Shown: in pieces, positions 1-8,160 of the stretch
How the letters are laid out: every line of letters starts with the position of its first letter
Position numbering within the stretch: position 1 is the first letter of the stretch
Assembly: GCA_047947115.1 (NCBI GenBank)
Contig: CP170459.1
Span: forward strand, 3,040,001 to 3,104,000
From: Verrucomicrobiota bacterium
Lineage (GTDB): Bacteria > Verrucomicrobiota > Verrucomicrobiia > Limisphaerales > AAA164-E04
Reading direction: 5' to 3'
DNA: 64,000 nt
Notes under the pieces: model-generated
What the model saw: only the letters and a program-made list of their open reading frames with translations
Databases searched by the model: none
What the model was told of the DNA's origin: nothing
Position numbers and translations under genes: made by a program

Positions 1-267
1 GGCGTCGCAGCGCACTTGGTTTATATCCCGGTAGTGATCGAGGAGAACGTGGAACGAAACCGCAATGGAGGTTTGGGCCTTCCATGGGAGAAATTGCTCC
101 AGCATGGGCTTGAAGCCCTGAGTGGAGCCAAACAGAACAATGTTGAATTTCAGATGCATGACCCAGCTTGGCAGAACTTGGGTAAGATAGACGGGGTCAA
201 CCGAGTGGTCTTAAACATCCTGGCCACCTCTTACGTGAAACCCGTCGCAACGGGAGGAACCTTATGA
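1..267 (+). CDS. Phage structural protein, 3' part (possibly tail completion/terminator)
   Basis: Frame open from position 1; ATGA overlap with next gene; position upstream of tail tube gene. Confidence 0.5.
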   Translation, partial: GVAAHLVYIPVVIEENVERNRNGGLGLPWEKLLQHGLEALSGAKQNNVEFQMHDPAWQNLGKIDGVNRVVLNILATSYVKPVATGGTL

Positions 268-563
268 AGCATATCGAACGATTTCAAAAACTCACTCACC
301 TGGCTATCGGCCTGTGGTTGATCCACGGGGTGACGCTCTTTGCCGCCGTGACAGAGACCATTACCCCGGTTGTCCGGGCGGCTGACATCGCCCGGGAAAA
401 GGATGTGGTGTGGTTGAGTCTTGTCACTGCCATCGTGTCGCTCCTTTTCAGCGCCTGGCTGGTACGGCAGATGGTCAACCAAACCGCTGAAACCATCCGG
501 GCCATTAACGCTCTTACCCAGGAACTGCGTCAACGTTCTCGGGATTCCAAAACTCAATCATGA
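264..563 (+). CDS. Small membrane protein, holin-like
   Basis: 99 aa, two hydrophobic segments, C-terminal amphipathic/charged tail; ATGA-coupled on both sides. Confidence 0.45.
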   Translation: MKHIERFQKLTHLAIGLWLIHGVTLFAAVTETITPVVRAADIAREKDVVWLSLVTAIVSLLFSAWLVRQMVNQTAETIRAINALTQELRQRSRDSKTQS

Positions 564-769
564 AACGTGCAACCATGCCCGAGGGCAAGCGCCCCATGCA
601 AATCGAGTTACTCAAAGATCACTGGACCAATGGGAGAAAGTTTGGGGCGGGAACTGTCCTAAGCCTTCCAGAGTCCGTGGCTCGTAACCTGATTGATTGG
701 GGTGCTGCCCAGGAGGTAGGCAAACAAGCCAAATCCAGCAAACTCACCAAATCTGAAAAGAAAGCATAA
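560..769 (+). CDS. Small phage virion-associated protein
   Basis: IELLKDH..GRKFGAGTVLSLPESVARNLIDWGAA pattern typical of small proteins in head-tail gene blocks; Lys-rich tail. Confidence 0.55.
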   Translation: MKRATMPEGKRPMQIELLKDHWTNGRKFGAGTVLSLPESVARNLIDWGAAQEVGKQAKSSKLTKSEKKA

Positions 770-772
770 GCC

Positions 773-1522
773 ATGTCTACACCCATTACTTTGGGGCACA
801 TCGAGGCCCATGAAAAACTAACTGCCCGACTCTTTGTCGAACCAAGCGGTGAGAGCGGATTTATCGACTGCGGGAACGTGGCCGATTACAAGCACGCTCC
901 CGAAAAGCAGTACAAGACCCGCATGGTGGCCGAGGGTGGCTATCGCCGGGTCAATGACGAACAGGTCGACACGATTCATGATCGCTGGGAGTTTACCCTC
1001 GATGAGATGGACGTGTTCAACCACCGCCTCCTGCACCTGGCCCAATCTCCGACGGCCGTCGTCCAAAGCGCCACCACCGCTCCAGCCGGAACGGCCAGCA
1101 TCACCGGTATTACCAAAGGCCGGTGCTATTTCATCGGTGCGGTCGGCCTGGACACGGTCGTTGTGACCAAGGATGTCACCACGCTCGTTGAGGGAACCGA
1201 CTACACGATTGATCTCAAGGCCGGTGTCATCACGATCTTGCCTGGTAGTGTCACCTTGGTTGATGGGGATGACATTGCGTTGACCTTCGGCAACGTTGCA
1301 GTGGACTTTGAAAGCTACACGGCAAATAGCCAAGTGTTGTTCCGGGGCACGGTTCGCATCCTTGAAACCAACCAATTTAGTGGCGTGCCGCTTCGAGAGA
1401 TCAGTTTTTCAGGAAACCTGAGCATCACCGCTTGGCCTGAGCAGTCCGGTGAGTTCGGCAAATACACAGTCCGAGCCACACCAACCACCGTTCCCACCAT
1501 CAAACGACGTGAGCAGATTTGA
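773..1522 (+). CDS. Major tail tube protein
   Basis: 249 aa beta-rich; GNV..K..PE N-terminal motif, WEFTLDE, internal LVEGTDYTID..AGVITIL module; directly upstream of chaperone and tape measure. Confidence 0.8.
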   Translation: MSTPITLGHIEAHEKLTARLFVEPSGESGFIDCGNVADYKHAPEKQYKTRMVAEGGYRRVNDEQVDTIHDRWEFTLDEMDVFNHRLLHLAQSPTAVVQSATTAPAGTASITGITKGRCYFIGAVGLDTVVVTKDVTTLVEGTDYTIDLKAGVITILPGSVTLVDGDDIALTFGNVAVDFESYTANSQVLFRGTVRILETNQFSGVPLREISFSGNLSITAWPEQSGEFGKYTVRATPTTVPTIKRREQI

Positions 1523-1532
1523 TTGAACGATT

Positions 1533-1943
1533 ATGAATAACCTCATTGAACTTTTAAACCCCGTCCAGACCGTTGACCTGGGCGATGAACAGATTGAGGT
1601 CCGTGAAATGCGCTGGGTCGATACTCTTGCTTTCTTGGATAAACTCGCCGGCAGCCTGGAACAGGTGATCGGGTCCCAGAGCATCGGAGATGATGGATCG
1701 CTGCGCCTCAATGGTGAGAAGCTACGCGAGGCCGTCCTCTCAGGTGGAGACCTAGCCAATACGCTGCTTTCACGCTCCACAGGCTTACCTCAGGAACGAC
1801 TCGGCCAACTGACCGCCTCACAGGCTTTGACGATCTTAGAGGCGGCTGTGGCCATCAACTTCCGGGAGCACCTCTTGGGAAAATTTCAAGCGGTCGGAAA
1901 GTCCCTGCAAGGAATGCTCACCGTAGCCAAGCCCACCCGCTGA
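1533..1943 (+). CDS. Tail assembly chaperone (lambda gpG-like)
   Basis: Between tail tube and tape measure; contains in-frame slippery heptamer G GGA AAA at 1877-1883. Confidence 0.8.
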   Translation: MNNLIELLNPVQTVDLGDEQIEVREMRWVDTLAFLDKLAGSLEQVIGSQSIGDDGSLRLNGEKLREAVLSGGDLANTLLSRSTGLPQERLGQLTASQALTILEAAVAINFREHLLGKFQAVGKSLQGMLTVAKPTR

Positions 1944-2095
1944 TCGCTGCGGTGGATTTCCTGGTCTGGCAGGGTTATCCGGCCCCCTGGATCATGGAGC
2001 TGACCTTGCGCCAGTTGATGGCCTACCTGGAAGCCGCTTCCCAGAGGTCGGCCATGACCGCCAAAGCCCTGAGTTCAAATCTCCCCATCGCATAA
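1877..2095 (+). CDS. -1 frameshift extension of tail assembly chaperone (gpGT-like; fusion about 187 aa)
   Basis: -1 frame open from the slippery site to TAA 2093-2095, 9 bp before the tape measure ATG; reads ...LIAAVDFLVWQGYPAPWIMELTLRQLMAYLEAASQR. Confidence 0.8.
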   Translation, partial: GKISSGRKVPARNAHRSQAHPLIAAVDFLVWQGYPAPWIMELTLRQLMAYLEAASQRSAMTAKALSSNLPIA

Positions 2096-2104
2096 TAAAT
2101 CAGC

Positions 2105-4534
2105 ATGCCTGCCGATACGGTTGAAGTCGTCGTCAAGTTAAGCGGCCTAAGCGCCGTTCAGGCAGGCATGCGCCGATTGAGGGAAGTGGTCTCCGAGCCA
2201 CTGACCCAAATGGTTGCCCGAGCCCGTAACCTGGTCCTTGGATTGGGGAGCGGGCTCATTGCTGCCTTGTCCCTTCGCCGCCTGACCGCTGAGTTAAACA
2301 AGGCCAGTAACGAAATGGATCGAGCCGGTAAGGCTGGCGAACGTCTCGGTGTCGCTACCGATTACCTGACTGGTCTCGAATACGCCGCCGGTCTGGCTGG
2401 GGCAACAACCGAGAAGCTTCACAATGCTCTGAAGTTCCTGGCCCAATCTATCGAAAGAGAATCGGACGCCTTCGCAACCCTTGGGATCGATGTCCGGACG
2501 GCCGATGGGCATTTCAGGTCCCAGATGGAGATCATGGATGAGGTGGCGAACCGATTCCACTCCATGCCCGATGGAATCCAGAAGACCTCACTTGCCATGA
2601 AAATCTTCGGCGAGGAGGGCCTTAGCATGATCCCGATGCTCAACGCCGGAGCCGAAGGCATCGAACGTCTCAACCAAGAGGCACGCTCCTTTGGGTTGAT
2701 TGTATCACCCCAAGCCGCTGCGGGAGCGGCCGCATTCAACGACAACGTCAGCCGGTTACGTCTGGCGGTCCAGGGATTGGTCCGAACAGCCCTTGCCGAT
2801 CTGCTTCCAGCCTTGGTGCAGCTTACCAACCAGTTGATTGAGTGGATCCGGCAAAATGACGCCATCCAGAAGGGAGCAGAGGCCCTTTCTGAAGCCTTGC
2901 GCTATCTCCTCTTTGACATCCAGGCCATCGTGATCGTTGCACGATTCGCTTGGCGCAGCGTCATGTCTTACCTGCGCGATACCTGGGAGGCTTTTAATGC
3001 CTTTAGCCGATTGTTGGTGCGTGTCTGGCAACAACCTGTCGAGGTCCTGAAACTATTGATTGATCATTTGAAGGTGGCTGTGGCCTCGGTTGGTGATTTA
3101 TCGCAAGCCCTGTTTCTGGTCGCTACGGGAAAGTTCGGGCAGGCCAAGTCCAAGGTCAAGGAAGCGGGAGCCGAGATTGCTGAGTCTTTCAAGAACACCG
3201 GCAAGGGATTGCTCGAAACGTTCTCTGAAACGGGCAAGGCAGTCGGGGATGTTATCTTTGCCAACCTCGACCTGGTCGGTAATCGCTTCACTACGTTCGC
3301 CCAGGAATCCAAAACGGCCCTCCAAGAACTTTGGGATGCCTACGTGGCGATCTGGAAACCCAAACCACTTCCACCATTGACCGAAGGGGATAAGGGGCCG
3401 GTGGATCCTCTGGCATCTATTGGAGACCAGAGGAAGCAGATTGCCGAGCAACTGCGTGAGGCCGAGTTCCAACTGCGCCGACGTAGGCAGGAAATTGCTG
3501 GCCAGATTGCCAAGTTGGACAATGATTTTTCCAAGCGTGAGGCGGACAAGCATCAGCTTCGGATTGGGCTGCTCAAACAAGAGATCGGGCTCCTGGATCA
3601 GGAAATCCGAAAGCTGGAGGAACGTCTTGCGTTGGAGAAGGACGACCAAACCCATCAGGCCCTGACGCAATCCATCCGGGGGCTTGAGGATGAACGTCAC
3701 TCGGTTCAGGGACAGGTCAACCAACTCGAAGGTGCTCCCGATCCTTTTTCTTTTCGCCAGCAGTTCGTGGCCATGATCACGGAGATGGAAGATCGACTCG
3801 GGACTTTTGCTCAATCGATTGCCAGTCATTTTTCCAGTGTCATCGGTAGCGCCATCGATGGCATCGCTCAAGGGATTGAGGGCCTCATCCGTGGGACGAT
3901 GGATTGGGCCGATGCTCTTCGTCATATCGGTTCCTCGATCTTGAACGGCGTCATCTCGGCGATTAGTCGGATGTTCGCCGAGTGGATCGTTAAACGTGCA
4001 CTCATGGCTGCCAAGAACATGGCGTTCAGTCAGGCTGAAGGGGCGGTTGATGCGACAGCCAAGGCCCCCGGTGCGTTGATGACCTCCATCTCCAGTTTCG
4101 GAACCGCTGCGATCCTGGGGACCGCTGCTTTGATTGCCGCCGTGGCCGCCATCAGTGGCGCCTTCGCCGAGGGTGGCATCGTGCGTGGTCCTGGTGGGCC
4201 GAAGGATGACAGCATATTGGCGAGGTTATCCAACGGTGAAGGCGTGCTCAATGCCGAGGCAGTACGCTTCTACGGCGAGGGCCTGGTCCATGCCATGAAC
4301 CAGCGCACGGCTCGATTCTACGCTCCGGATCAGCCGGGAGGATCGTCCCAAGCAGGTAGGCCGTCGGGAACACAGGGAACAGCATTCACTCAGACAAGCA
4401 AAGGTTCGTCCGTTTCCCTGGTTCTGGTGGATGACCGAAAACAAGCCAAGCAGTTCATCGCTTCCAGCGAAGGCGAATCGATGATCATGGACATCGTTCG
4501 ACGCCGACGCCTGGAGGTTGGCATTCCGGGATAA
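2105..4534 (+). CDS. Tail tape measure protein
   Basis: 809 aa helical, Ala/Gly/Leu-rich; LGIDVRTADG.FRS motif; C-terminal FAEGGIV.GPG..KDDSI.ARLSNGE.VL motif. Confidence 0.92.
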   Translation: MPADTVEVVVKLSGLSAVQAGMRRLREVVSEPLTQMVARARNLVLGLGSGLIAALSLRRLTAELNKASNEMDRAGKAGERLGVATDYLTGLEYAAGLAGATTEKLHNALKFLAQSIERESDAFATLGIDVRTADGHFRSQMEIMDEVANRFHSMPDGIQKTSLAMKIFGEEGLSMIPMLNAGAEGIERLNQEARSFGLIVSPQAAAGAAAFNDNVSRLRLAVQGLVRTALADLLPALVQLTNQLIEWIRQNDAIQKGAEALSEALRYLLFDIQAIVIVARFAWRSVMSYLRDTWEAFNAFSRLLVRVWQQPVEVLKLLIDHLKVAVASVGDLSQALFLVATGKFGQAKSKVKEAGAEIAESFKNTGKGLLETFSETGKAVGDVIFANLDLVGNRFTTFAQESKTALQELWDAYVAIWKPKPLPPLTEGDKGPVDPLASIGDQRKQIAEQLREAEFQLRRRRQEIAGQIAKLDNDFSKREADKHQLRIGLLKQEIGLLDQEIRKLEERLALEKDDQTHQALTQSIRGLEDERHSVQGQVNQLEGAPDPFSFRQQFVAMITEMEDRLGTFAQSIASHFSSVIGSAIDGIAQGIEGLIRGTMDWADALRHIGSSILNGVISAISRMFAEWIVKRALMAAKNMAFSQAEGAVDATAKAPGALMTSISSFGTAAILGTAALIAAVAAISGAFAEGGIVRGPGGPKDDSILARLSNGEGVLNAEAVRFYGEGLVHAMNQRTARFYAPDQPGGSSQAGRPSGTQGTAFTQTSKGSSVSLVLVDDRKQAKQFIASSEGESMIMDIVRRRRLEVGIPG

Positions 4535-4539
4535 CGTCT

Positions 4540-5514
4540 ATGTTGGTTGAAACGTATGACAATCATGTAGTGATCCCGCACTTACCAGACTGGTCCTCGC
4601 CGGTTGAATGGACAAGGGGCTGGCAGAATGAGGTCGGCGATTGCCTCGATGGATCGGAAGAACGCCTGGCCATGCGCTCAAAGGGGCGACATGCCTTGAG
4701 GTATCTGGTTCAACCCTACGACCTGGTTGAGCGTGCCGCTTTGGTGGAACGTCTGCGTGCAGCCAAGAAGACCGGTTTGATGGCTGTTCCCTTTTGGGGA
4801 CGTGGGATGCGCTTACAAGAAGCCAGCGAAGGATCGGATACCCTCACACTGTCCGCTGAACCCGTCTGGGCCTTTGGGGATAATGATCCCATTTTCTTTT
4901 GCTCGCCCAATGCCGATGAACACGACCTGTGGGAAGTGAGGCAAATCATTTGGTTGGATGGTGTGACCATGACCTTGGATTTGCCGCTGACCCGCTCCTA
5001 TTCATCGGGTTGGTTCTGCTGGCCTATGATCCTGGGGCACGGGAGCTGTTCTGATTTTGAACTACCCAGCGACTGGCATTGCGCCGTGAGTATCGAGGTG
5101 CGCCAATTGAAGGTGCGCGATAATCCAGTCCTGACATCACTTGAACCAGATGGTTGCGAGATCCCCATGACCTTGCCTGGAGGTGGGGATAGCTTTGATT
5201 GCTACACCCCAGAGAATCCCGTGTTCACGCCGCTCGATCATGGTGCTGGCTGGACGGGGGCTTGGGCATTTGAACAATCACCCTTTGGTGTCATTGCCTT
5301 GGATGGCTTTGATACTTACTCGCCCCAAGATCCGGTGACACAGCCACTGCAAGGCGGTTCGGGTTGGCTGACTGCCTGGGCCTTTGAAGACCAGCCGCAG
5401 GAATTTAGCGCATTCGACTCTTTTGAAACCTACTCGCCCGAGAACCCCATTACCCAAACCTTGAGCGGTGGGGATGAATGGAACGGTTCCTGGGCCTGGG
5501 AACCTGAAATATGA
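4540..5514 (+). CDS. Distal tail (Dit-like) protein with three C-terminal 38-aa repeats
   Basis: First gene after tape measure; PDW..PVE...W....G.EER.A.R N-terminus; repeats encoded at about 5188-5505. Confidence 0.65.
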   Translation: MLVETYDNHVVIPHLPDWSSPVEWTRGWQNEVGDCLDGSEERLAMRSKGRHALRYLVQPYDLVERAALVERLRAAKKTGLMAVPFWGRGMRLQEASEGSDTLTLSAEPVWAFGDNDPIFFCSPNADEHDLWEVRQIIWLDGVTMTLDLPLTRSYSSGWFCWPMILGHGSCSDFELPSDWHCAVSIEVRQLKVRDNPVLTSLEPDGCEIPMTLPGGGDSFDCYTPENPVFTPLDHGAGWTGAWAFEQSPFGVIALDGFDTYSPQDPVTQPLQGGSGWLTAWAFEDQPQEFSAFDSFETYSPENPITQTLSGGDEWNGSWAWEPEI

Positions 5515-6257
5515 AAGCCATTGTTAATCGAACCATCGCCGGAGTATCGGACAACGTCTTACGCCTCTCCCAAGAAGGCGCCATCCGCCCATTGGAAGTC
5601 GGATCAAACTGGACCAAGCTCTGCGTGGGTGTTCGTTGGTCCATAGGTGATGACGTCAACGTCCCGACCGGGTTTCGAATCCATTTTGGATTGGCCTCAG
5701 CCGGTGTGGGCATCTTCGGAACAACGGGGCACGCACTCTTTGCCCGATCCAACCCGGCAACCGCCTGGGCCAATTACGCGGATGGAACTTGCTGGCATGA
5801 TTACATCAGTTCCTTCTTTGCCCGTGCGTTCGGCAACCTTTACAAACGTGTCAATACCACTGAAACGAGTCTTGTGACCAAAGTCATGACTTCCACCAAC
5901 GGCATCATCGCAAACCGGATGCCAAGGCCTACGCTTGGGGTTGCCACAGCCTGCTTCCTGGTTTTTACCAAGGGCGCCACATGGACGCTGGACACGATCT
6001 TTAACGCAGACGCGGAAACTGTGACCACATGGAAGACCAAGTTCAATTGCAGTCAACAGACTTTCATCGAGGCGGGGGAAGCGTTGTCCGTTTCCAATGC
6101 TTTGACGTTCCTTGGCTCAGGTTTTCAAACCAAGCAATACACTGGGCTATCGGTCAACGAGGCCGCCGATGGTTACCTGACCGAGGTTGTGGTCGGAGCG
6201 ACGCACTCGGGAAGTTACCTCGATGTGTCGGACATCATGGTTGCCAAATGGGCATAA
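5511..6257 (+). CDS. Tail-associated beta-sandwich protein, putative adhesin/lectin-like
   Basis: 248 aa, Thr/Gly/aromatic-rich strand pattern; ATGA-coupled to upstream tail gene. Confidence 0.5.
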   Translation: MKAIVNRTIAGVSDNVLRLSQEGAIRPLEVGSNWTKLCVGVRWSIGDDVNVPTGFRIHFGLASAGVGIFGTTGHALFARSNPATAWANYADGTCWHDYISSFFARAFGNLYKRVNTTETSLVTKVMTSTNGIIANRMPRPTLGVATACFLVFTKGATWTLDTIFNADAETVTTWKTKFNCSQQTFIEAGEALSVSNALTFLGSGFQTKQYTGLSVNEAADGYLTEVVVGATHSGSYLDVSDIMVAKWA

Positions 6258-6261
6258 GCAA

Positions 6262-7707
6262 ATGACCTATCTAACCCGACAAGTTTTTGACTATCCGATT
6301 GACTGGGCTGTGATTCCGGTTAGCCGGATCGATTATGATCTGCGCGAGATCGATCTTGGGTTCGGGGCTGAAGCCTACTGGAGCGATCAAGTCCATGTCG
6401 TTCGAGGCTGGCGTTTTTCGTTCCATTTGGATGACGCAGACTCTATCGCCCAGTTTGATGATTGGATCGAGGCGCTGAACGGACGCTTGGTCGGGTTTTG
6501 GCTCCCGACACCTGAAGCAGCGTTTGAGATCGTTGCCGGGGTTGATGCCAGTTCCTTCAAGATCCGGAGCCAAGGGCTGACGGAGACGTGGACCGAGCAA
6601 CCTGAACTCCATGTATGTTTCCAGAAGGAGGGGGAGACCATTCAATGCGGGAAGGTGATCGGTGTTGCCGACAATGGGGACGGAACCGAGACCGTTACCT
6701 TGGAATCCGCTCTTGCCGTTCCTGTCGATGCGACCTGGCAAGCCAAGGTCCTGGCTTATGTCCGCTTGGCCGATGACGTGGAGCGAGGACAGTTTGATGC
6801 CGAGGGGAGAATGACCCGCCAGTTGAGCGTGGTGGAACTCCCCCTCGAATACGCTTCTTTTGAAACCGGAACCAAACCCGTTTACCTTTACCATTTCTAC
6901 ACCTTGGATGGAGGTTCGCAGACCGATTGGCGTTACACATCCTTTGGCTGGGACATTGCTAATGCGGAGACGACGTGGACATCCAAGCGAATTACCCACA
7001 AACAACTTCATCAAAGCACGCGGGGGGATCGTCAGGAGCTGGAGATCGAGGCTGAGTTTGAGCCCGAGAATCCGCTCTATCAGCTTTGCCCATGCGCCAT
7101 GGCCATGGCCTTGTATGTCGAGGTTGTGAAGGCCGATTACAGCGATTTGGGCAACCAGACGGTGCTCTTTCAAGGTCGGGTGTTGTCGGTCGATGTCAAA
7201 GGCAGAATCGCCACGGCCAAGTGCGCTTCGTTCTTGGATGCGTTTGGGGCAGCCGTTCCTCACTTTTTCCTTCAGCCAAGGTGCAACTTCAGAGTGTTTG
7301 AACCGAACACGTGCCGGATTGCTCAATCGGCCTTTGAACATGCGGGGAGCGTTGTCAGTGTCGATGGAACATCGGTCGTTGTCTCTGGTCAAACGATTGG
7401 GGGATTGCCTGCCAACTGGTTTGCTGAGGGGCTGTTTCAGTCGGGCACAGGACCTGAGTTTGAGCAACGCACCATCCTGGCCAGCACTGCTGAATCTGGA
7501 GGATCGATTACGCTCACGCTCAACCATCGGCTTTTCTACACGAGCCAAGGGGCGGATTGTGTGGTTGTCCCTGGATGCGATGGCAGGCCTGAAACCTGCT
7601 CTGGGAAGTTTGCCAACTTCGTCAACTTTGGGGGCCATCGTTATGCCTTGAAAAACCTCACGCTGAAGGCCCTTGAAATCCCTCAAACCGATACCGCCAA
7701 GAAATGA
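6262..7707 (+). CDS. Baseplate hub protein (DUF2163/BR0599-type) with N-terminal Dit-like domain
   Basis: KPVYLYHF..WRYTS start of DUF2163; C-terminal QPRC..C..PGCDG..ETC..KFANFVNFGG four-Cys motif; ATG 6262 chosen as start. Confidence 0.85.
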   Translation: MTYLTRQVFDYPIDWAVIPVSRIDYDLREIDLGFGAEAYWSDQVHVVRGWRFSFHLDDADSIAQFDDWIEALNGRLVGFWLPTPEAAFEIVAGVDASSFKIRSQGLTETWTEQPELHVCFQKEGETIQCGKVIGVADNGDGTETVTLESALAVPVDATWQAKVLAYVRLADDVERGQFDAEGRMTRQLSVVELPLEYASFETGTKPVYLYHFYTLDGGSQTDWRYTSFGWDIANAETTWTSKRITHKQLHQSTRGDRQELEIEAEFEPENPLYQLCPCAMAMALYVEVVKADYSDLGNQTVLFQGRVLSVDVKGRIATAKCASFLDAFGAAVPHFFLQPRCNFRVFEPNTCRIAQSAFEHAGSVVSVDGTSVVVSGQTIGGLPANWFAEGLFQSGTGPEFEQRTILASTAESGGSITLTLNHRLFYTSQGADCVVVPGCDGRPETCSGKFANFVNFGGHRYALKNLTLKALEIPQTDTAKK

Positions 7708-8159
7708 TCCGACCCTTTGTGCAATCTGAATCCGGCCGCCAACGCCTCCTCGCCGTTATGGAATCCTGGCTCGGGACGCCATTCCATGCTCATGCCGGTA
7801 TTAAGTCGGTCGGAGTGGACTGCGTTCATCTGGCTACGGAGATTTACCGGGAAGCTGGGTTGCTCAGGCAGTGTCAGTTTCCAGCCTACACCATCGATGC
7901 AGGACAGCATCTCCAGGATAGCATGCTTTTGGAATGGCTTGATCAGTCGCCTCATTTTGAACGAATCGAGGAAGGCGGAGAAGTCGGCGATCTGTTCTGC
8001 TTTCGCTTCGGACGCTCTGCCCATCACCTGGGCATCTGCGCCGGTGGGGGCAAGTTTGTTCACGCACTGCTTCGACGCTCTGTCCGTTTAGCCTCGCTCG
8101 ATGACCCAACCTACGGCCGCCGCCTGGTTGCCACCTATCGCCCTGTCATTGATACCTGA
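7704..8159 (+). CDS. NlpC/P60 phage tail peptidase
   Basis: WLGTPF.H...GVDC catalytic Cys; GDL..F...HHLGI...FVHA His motifs. Confidence 0.92.
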   Translation: MIRPFVQSESGRQRLLAVMESWLGTPFHAHAGIKSVGVDCVHLATEIYREAGLLRQCQFPAYTIDAGQHLQDSMLLEWLDQSPHFERIEEGGEVGDLFCFRFGRSAHHLGICAGGGKFVHALLRRSVRLASLDDPTYGRRLVATYRPVIDT

Positions 8160-8160
8160 T

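Noticed and set aside
6271..7686. 471-aa antisense ORF (also 3098-3925, 28499-29377, 59863-60720)
   Set aside because: Codon-bias shadows of well-supported genes on the other strand
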